DNA from: Naegleria gruberi
Taxonomy: Eukaryota
NCBI GenBank assembly: GCA_000004985.1
Contig: GG738861.1
Length of the DNA: 64,000 nucleotides
Reading direction: 5' to 3' (one strand)
Part shown: one piece after another, positions 58,069-64,000 of the stretch
Numbering within the stretch: the first letter of the stretch is position 1
How the letters are laid out: the number at the start of each line of letters is the position of its first letter
Made by a program: the position numbers and the translations under genes
The notes under the pieces: model-generated
Told to the model about the DNA's origin: nothing
What the model saw: only the letters and a program-made list of their open reading frames with translations
Database searches by the model: none

Positions 58069-59547
58069 TTAATGTTTTCCATTGGAAACTGGTGGAGGAG
58101 TGGCAGCTTTCTTTGGATGCTTTCTCTTTTTGGTAACGTGATGACGTTTCTTATTGACCTTCTTTGGTTTCTTATGATTCTTTGGTTTACTCTTTTCATT
58201 GTAAGTATCAAAATTGTCTTCCTTAACTGAAGAACAAACTCTCTTTCTCTTGGCACAGACAGTCTTTTGAGCAAAATGTTGACACTTGGCCTTACCACCT
58301 CCAAATGCAAACTTGACACAAACTTGTTGACCTTCACTCTTCTTGACACATTTCTTGACATGTCTTTGCTTGACACATCTCTTTGGAAGATTTTCATGTT
58401 GTGTACAGAATGAAACTGTCTTGTAAGAGGCACAGTATGGAACTTGTTTCTTCTTTAAACAACATCTAATCTTCTTGAATTGATCACATTGCTTTTCCTT
58501 AGTCCATCTAACACAATACTTGACACGTTTTTGTTTCTTACATTTTGGAGGAAGATAAGTATCAGCTGGAATGTAACCATCAGTCTTTGGAGCTGGTTGA
58601 GCACAGAATTGAGTATATCCAGTCTATTTTTGAGAAATTATTGTAATTTGAAAAATTGTAAATCAAAAACTTACCTTCTTACAGAACTTGACATTTTCAT
58701 ACTTTTCACAAGTCAATTTCTTTGAGAATTCATCACAAATCTTGTGACATTCTTGGTGACAAACCTTTCTGAATACCTTTGGTGGTGCATATGGATCAAC
58801 TTGCTTTCCCTTAGTTGGCTTGGTTGACTTGGCATTATGTGGAACATACAAATCAGATTGCTTAACTTCTTCCCACTTGCATTTCTTTTCACATTTCTTA
58901 CCAAATTTACTACAATATCTATCAGTCTTATAATGAACACATCTCTTCTTGTAATTACATTCCAATTTTGGAATATAAGAGTACAAATCACATCTGGCAT
59001 ATGGATCTGGTTTCTTTTGTTGAGGAGTATAATTATCTAAACAGATATCACGATGAGCCCATTCTAAACATTTACCATTTTCTCCATTGTGGACACAACT
59101 CTTCTTGAATTCTTCCTTTTCACAGACAGTCAAGTAGTGTTTCTTGGCACATTCTTGTCTGGTTCCGTGGGCAATACAGATGGTGGATGGACCTTCGTAT
59201 TTGTCACAATAGGTTTCACGTTTATATTCTAAACATTTGCCCTTGCCGATTGTCTTGTGTTGGATACACTTTTTGGTGGCTCCTTCCCAATTGTAATCGG
59301 TACATTTGCCCTTGATAGATGAATATTTGATACACTTGTTGTAACAGTATTTATCACCTTGTTTCTTGTAGGAATCGGTTGGTTTCTTATTCTTGTGGAT
59401 TTTCTTAATAACCTTTGGAGGAACTACAGGTGGTGCTGGATGAGGAGCTGTTGCTGGTGTTGCTGCAGTTGGATTTGAAAGAACAAGAGCTGCACAAACA
59501 CTCAACAATAGAATACAAGCTATACTAATGGTTTGGATTAGTTTCAT
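58069..59547 (-). CDS. secreted Lys/Cys-rich repeat protein; 2 exons (59547..58675, 58623..58069)
   Basis: Signal peptide MKLIQTISIACILLLSVCAA, Pro-rich linker, then ~440 aa of repeated C-x3-K / KxxC motifs (for example KCIQHKTIGKGKCLEYKRETYCDKY) with very high Lys content. The 51-nt GTAAGT...AAATAG intron at 58624..58674 keeps the frame. Confidence 0.55.
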
Positions 59548-59776
59548 ATTTTTTAATGATGGAATTGAATTGTTGCTGTTGGAGGCATATTAATGGTTTT
59601 GTGAATGCATGTCACATGTTTATTCTTTTTTGGGATGATACATTCTCTTGATAATACTCCTAAAAAGTAACGAAAATTAATAAAGTGCATTTTGGAATCA
59701 TTCCAAATATTGAAGGATCGGTTGATTCAATTTAGGATCATGATTGGATATTTACAAGCTGTGTGCTAAAGAGTTT

Positions 59777-61006
59777 TCAGTGATTTACGATAAATCGTGC
59801 TAACCTGTTATCCTCAATAACTCTTTCCGAGGAACTCATTAGTAATAAGGAAGGATCAAAAGAGAGGTTGACATTAGTGACGAGAGTATCCTTGTTTGAT
59901 TCCTTTTCCAAATGTCCTTCCAAAAGAGTGTCTAAAATATGGATTGGATGTGAATGTTCATAGTCCAGTTCATTTCTGTGCAGGAATAACCTATCAAGGA
60001 CGTCTCTATTGAAGATTGTTCCATAAATTGAAACGTCCCTAGATGGATCAACTTCTGAATATATTCAAAATGAAATTAAACTATTAGAAATGTTTGAAAA
60101 CATACCTTGAGGCATTTCAATTGGTTGTCTAGTAAATGATGTATTAACACTAGTACAAATAGATGTAGTTGCCAGTTGATTTTCATCTTCATAATCTTCC
60201 TTAACCTTCTTTTGAGATGGTGTTTTCTTTGTTCCTGGAGGTCTTCCTCTCTTCTTCCTTGGAAGGTCTTCATTCTTTTTAGAGTTTGGAGTTTCAATTT
60301 GTTGTGTGAATTTTGAAGGTGTGACAATACGATCATCCTCTCTCAAAGGTTTTGTTTGTCTCTTCACTGGAGTTGTTACAGTGGCATGAGATGAAGAGGC
60401 TGTAGCACCACTTGCTGATGAAGAAGCCACTTGAGGGTTTGTTGATTTGTGTAGAGATCTAAGTTTTGTCTTTTTTGGTTTGGATTCATCCTCTCTTACT
60501 GTTTTGATAGGAATTGGAATAAGCATTGAAGAAGGAGGTTTTGGAGCATCGTGATGATGACTAACAATTACAGAAGGAATGGAAGAGGAAGGCTTACTTT
60601 GAGCAGCTCCGCTACTGAAAATTTGAAGTGATGTAGAAGTGCCTGTAGAATTGCTTCCAAAATCCATGAGAGGAGGTGGAGGAGGTTGTTGTGGTTGTTG
60701 AAGATTACAATTGCCATTCATCATGACACTATTATTCATATTCTCTGGTGAGGTAAAGAAGGAAGCAAATTCAATAAAAACCTTAGCATCTTCATCAATG
60801 ATTTTAGGCTTTTCCAATAATGAAGATGAATTTAACACCTCCATAGAAGATGATCTAACAATACTACCACTACTACTTTCACCAATAGCACTGCTCTTCT
60901 TATGAGTGGAACCATCCTCCTCATCAAGCCTTAATTCCCTCCTCGATTCATCCTCGCTATCAGAACTCTCATAATTGTGCAAACTTTCCCGCTCGACTTG
61001 TTTCAT
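59777..61006 (-). CDS. AT-hook-containing S/P-rich nuclear protein; 2 exons (61006..60106, 60054..59777)
   Basis: KKRGRPPGTKKTP (AT-hook) lies in a Ser-rich low-complexity body. A 51-nt GTATGT...TTCAG intron adds a structured C-terminal exon (...IYGTIFNRDVLDRLFLHRNELDYEHSHP...). Confidence 0.45.
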
Positions 61007-61161
61007 TTTTTTATTGTTGAATATTTAATAGTAGACTTTCATCTTGAAGGCTAACAATTTTCATCTTCATCAAGTGTGTAAATTTTTCAATAGGAACAGA
61101 ATTAATTACCCTATTTATCATCATCCAGCATTATCACATGAATTTAAAATTGGATTAAAAA

Positions 61162-63522
61162 ATGAAAAAACTTGTCCGATGCATTCATCATCATTATAAA
61201 ATAATTAGTAATAGTGGTGGTGTTGATGGCATTGTTCCAATTACATGTATTAGTAATCAATTAGTGGGAGGCTATAGTACAAGTCATGTGGCTCTTTTGT
61301 TGAGGAATTTAAATTCTCGAATAATTAATGTTAGGAATTTTAGTTCTAATTCAATTGTCGTTGTTGCTGCAGAGGATTCACAATTATTAGTAAATAATAA
61401 TAAGAATAATATTATCGGAACGGAGAAGGTATTACACGATCAAAATTTGACTGCTAAGAATGATTTGTTTAATTTCATTCCGAATATGAAAACCAAAAAG
61501 GAAAAACCAAGAGCAACCATTTCTCGATCTGCTGATGATTATTTACTCGTAATGCAATCAATACTTTCTATAAAAAATCAATCGGAGGAAAAGATTGATA
61601 GATCTAAACATGCCATTCCTTCTTCACTGATCTTTTTAATTGATGGAACCAAGTATAAAGTGAGATGGTGGTTGAGTATGTTAACATCATTTGGAGAACT
61701 GGAAAATAGAGAGATTATGGAATTATTGTCAGATGTATTGTTGAATAGATTATTTGTTTATCCTGAAAAACGAAATGAAGTATTGGCTAAATGGTATGGC
61801 ATAACGAATATGGAACAAGCAGAAACAATGAATTTAGAAAATATCCACGATACTGAAATAGATAATGGAAAGAGTGAAATTATTTCACTTTCAGATATTG
61901 TCAAGTTTTACAAATCATTCCAAGTGTATGGCTCTGAAGAGGTGGAGAAGAATTTCGTTACAGAACTGAGAATGGTTTGTAAATCTCAGCTCATTGCAAA
62001 TTATTGTAATCTCAAAGATTTGGAAATGATTAGACAAGTTTTTCAATCTGTTAGAGAAGAGGAAGGAGAACCTTCAATTCAAATCTATAATCAAATGATG
62101 TCAGCCCTTGCTAATCTCTCCTCCAATGCAACTGAAGATGCCAAATCCATCATCCAAGAAATTGAAAGTCTCTACTCTGAAATTGAATCACCAAGTACTC
62201 AATGTATTCACACCATGTTACATACCTATGCAAAGTTTGGCATGTATGTCCAAATGGAAGAATTGGCCAAAAAATTAGAAGATAAGAACTCTTATACCTA
62301 CTCCATTCTGTTATATGGATATACTGTTGGTAAACGATTTTCAAAAGCTTTAGAAGTGTACAGTACTATAGCCGAGCCAAGACCAGAACATATTCGTTTG
62401 GTTGTTTCTCTCCTCTTAGAAGTTGGACTGGATATTCAAGGTGAGAGACTTATTCAATCCCTACCAGAATCCGTTCACAAATTGAGATTGACTAATGAAT
62501 TGATGGATCTCTACACTAAATCTGGTGATTTTGAATCAGTCATTAGGTTGTTCCATTCACTGAATGAACCAGATTGTTACAGTCTTGGAATTGTAATGAA
62601 TGCATATGTGAGGCAGAATAATGTGGAAACATCCCTCAATTTATTTCAAAAGTATTGTGTAGAGGGAAATATTGCACCAAATAGTATTATTTATAATTTA
62701 TTATTGCATGGAATTGCACTTCAAGGAGATTTTGAAAAACTGGAAAAATTCTTTCATCAAATTCCAAAGGCACTCGTTGACTGTAAAACCATTGTAACAA
62801 TGTTATCAGCGTATCAGAAGAAGAGAGATTATAGAAAAACTGAACAAATTTATAGAAACTATGCTGCCATTCTCAAAGATTCAATGTATGCCACTACTCT
62901 CATGATCAAGTGCTATGCCTCTCTGGGGAAGATTCACAAAGCAGAACAACTTTACGAGTCAGTTAAAAAGCCAGATCTAGTGTTGTGTAATATCATGTTG
63001 GACTCGTATGCCAAGATTGGTGACATGACAAAGGCATATAATTTATTTTTAGGAATGTACAAGAGAGACATAGTTTCCTATAATACTATTTTGAAAGGAT
63101 ATTCTGTAAAAGGAGCTCTGCATAATGCAGAAGTAATTTTCAATAGAATTGATGATCCTGATTCTCAATCCTATCTCATCATGTTAAACACTTATGCTGA
63201 ACATGGTAGCACAGAGAATGTAGAAACCTTTTTCAAAACGATACCAAAGAAATTCAAGAATTCATACATTTATACATGTATGATGAAAATTTATTCCAAG
63301 CTTAATAAGGTGGAAAGAGTGAAATTTTATTATGGACTTGTTGGAGCCAATAATTTCCATGCTGATCACTTAATGTTGAATACATTTTTAAAGAATGAGG
63401 ATTTTGAATCAATGAGACAATTAGAAAGTAAGATGAGAGAAAAATACACCAAGTATGATGTTCATTCTAGGGCAATTTTTGATTTATACAAACAAGTACC
63501 AGGTTTTAAATTTAAACAATAA
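61162..63522 (+). CDS. pentatricopeptide-repeat (PPR) protein, probably organellar RNA-binding, 786 aa
   Basis: Repeated ~35-aa helical units of the PPR type (YNQMMSALAN..., YSILLYGYTVGKRFSKALEVY, YSLGIVMNAYVRQNNVETSLNLF, IYNLLLHGIALQGDFEK, YNTILKGYSVKGALHNAEVIF). Confidence 0.6.
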   Translation: MKKLVRCIHHHYKIISNSGGVDGIVPITCISNQLVGGYSTSHVALLLRNLNSRIINVRNFSSNSIVVVAAEDSQLLVNNNKNNIIGTEKVLHDQNLTAKNDLFNFIPNMKTKKEKPRATISRSADDYLLVMQSILSIKNQSEEKIDRSKHAIPSSLIFLIDGTKYKVRWWLSMLTSFGELENREIMELLSDVLLNRLFVYPEKRNEVLAKWYGITNMEQAETMNLENIHDTEIDNGKSEIISLSDIVKFYKSFQVYGSEEVEKNFVTELRMVCKSQLIANYCNLKDLEMIRQVFQSVREEEGEPSIQIYNQMMSALANLSSNATEDAKSIIQEIESLYSEIESPSTQCIHTMLHTYAKFGMYVQMEELAKKLEDKNSYTYSILLYGYTVGKRFSKALEVYSTIAEPRPEHIRLVVSLLLEVGLDIQGERLIQSLPESVHKLRLTNELMDLYTKSGDFESVIRLFHSLNEPDCYSLGIVMNAYVRQNNVETSLNLFQKYCVEGNIAPNSIIYNLLLHGIALQGDFEKLEKFFHQIPKALVDCKTIVTMLSAYQKKRDYRKTEQIYRNYAAILKDSMYATTLMIKCYASLGKIHKAEQLYESVKKPDLVLCNIMLDSYAKIGDMTKAYNLFLGMYKRDIVSYNTILKGYSVKGALHNAEVIFNRIDDPDSQSYLIMLNTYAEHGSTENVETFFKTIPKKFKNSYIYTCMMKIYSKLNKVERVKFYYGLVGANNFHADHLMLNTFLKNEDFESMRQLESKMREKYTKYDVHSRAIFDLYKQVPGFKFKQ

Positions 63523-63545
63523 TTAAATAATGAACTGAGATTAAA

Positions 63546-64000
63546 CTAATTTATTATAACATCAGGAAGTCCGTAACAAACTGTTGCTGATCCAATAAGG
63601 GAAGGTAATTTACATGTTTCTCTTGCCTCAGTAAGAACTTCACAAATTGATTGGTTTTGATTATTGACAAGCCACTTCTCTAACATGTACTCTGTGAGTC
63701 TATCAATGTCCTTATCTGTTACATCCCAAAGATTAGCAATAACAAATGGTGAACCAGCCAACAAGAAACTCAAAATGGTGCCATTTGGTTCATAATTACC
63801 ATACTCTTTCAATCTTCCACTACTACATCCCATCAATAGTATTGGACAACATTTCAATAGTCTCCTTATCTTGTGTGGATTGTAGTATCTTTCTCCAGTT
63901 CCGTGGCCTATATAAATCATCAAATCACTATCAGATAATACTTGATAGAGGGTATCCTCAGAGGGAGGTGCATTTCCAATAATACCTTTCCAATTAGTGT
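63546..64000 (-). CDS. separase (peptidase C50) C-terminal catalytic region, partial; continues beyond the window end
   Basis: MMIYIGHGTGERYY (His box) and CCPILLMGCSSGRL (Cys box), followed by SPFVIANLWDVTDKDIDRLT typical of separase. The frame is open to position 64000. Confidence 0.55.
   Translation of the reverse strand, partial: TNWKGIIGNAPPSEDTLYQVLSDSDLMIYIGHGTGERYYNPHKIRRLLKCCPILLMGCSSGRLKEYGNYEPNGTILSFLLAGSPFVIANLWDVTDKDIDRLTEYMLEKWLVNNQNQSICEVLTEARETCKLPSLIGSATVCYGLPDVIIN

Noticed and set aside
1-64000. Prokaryotic operon or defence-island interpretation, or a CRISPR array for the repeated ~30-bp motifs
   Set aside because: Spliceosomal introns, actin, separase, poly-N/Q proteins and nuclear tRNAs show this is eukaryotic nuclear DNA. 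The repeated motifs are irregularly spaced tRNA-T-arm/element-end junctions, not regularly spaced direct repeats with spacers.
1-64000. Ciliate-type genetic code (TAA/TAG = Gln) suggested by Tetrahymena-like codon preferences
   Set aside because: Actin ends at the universal ...HRKCF followed immediately by TAA. Many genes of >800 codons are open under the standard code, and both TAA and TAG terminate at conserved C-termini (actin, HPPD).

Overview
This 64-kb window is gene-dense eukaryotic nuclear DNA, AT-rich (roughly two-thirds A+T by eye), not a prokaryotic locus. Evidence: canonical actin, spliceosomal introns (GTAAGT/GTATGT/GTTTGT...AG) in two size classes (39-53 nt and ~95-175 nt), poly-N/poly-Q low-complexity coding tracts, nuclear-type tRNA genes, and TAA/TAG/TGA all used as stops (standard code). 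The ORF track uses alternative start codons (TTG/GTG/CTG printed as M), so many listed ORF starts are not real ATGs and several adjacent ORFs are exons of one gene. I count about 35 protein-coding genes on both strands, plus one intact tRNA-Lys(CUU) and two tRNA genes split into halves. Among them are two identical actin genes in a 1.57-kb inverted duplication. The others include a β-CASP metallo-β-lactamase, TM9SF, a DASS/TrkA-C transporter, an actin-related protein, a subtilase, an RWP-RK factor, RPC82, NOC3, 4-HPPD, an FCP1-like phosphatase, a RING-H2 protein, an F420-type NADP oxidoreductase-like protein, a DUF4116 repeat protein, a class-III cyclase-like receptor, cathepsin B, a PPR protein and a separase C-terminus. 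The actin C-terminus (…[15 protein letters not shown]…[50 protein letters not shown]) resembles alveolate/protist actins, and preferred codons (TTG, AGA, GGT, GCT, CCA, AAG) are yeast-like; I cannot name the taxon. The most unusual structure is that a tRNA-Asp(GUC) gene and a tRNA-Gly(GCC) gene are each interrupted at exactly the same T-loop position by insertions of 377 bp and 1,333 bp. Both insertions are flanked by the same 7-bp direct repeat AATTGAA and have homologous termini. I read this as a family of site-specific insertion elements targeting the tRNA T-loop. The larger copy carries ORFs whose codon usage differs from the host genes. Other points worth a look: the inverted actin repeat brackets a caspase-fold peptidase, an F-box ORF and a divergent Ras-like GTPase, possibly an F-box-GTPase fusion. 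There is a P-loop-less paralogue of that GTPase. Several genes have bacterial-type architecture but carry introns. The cathepsin B gene appears to need a 5-nt micro-exon.
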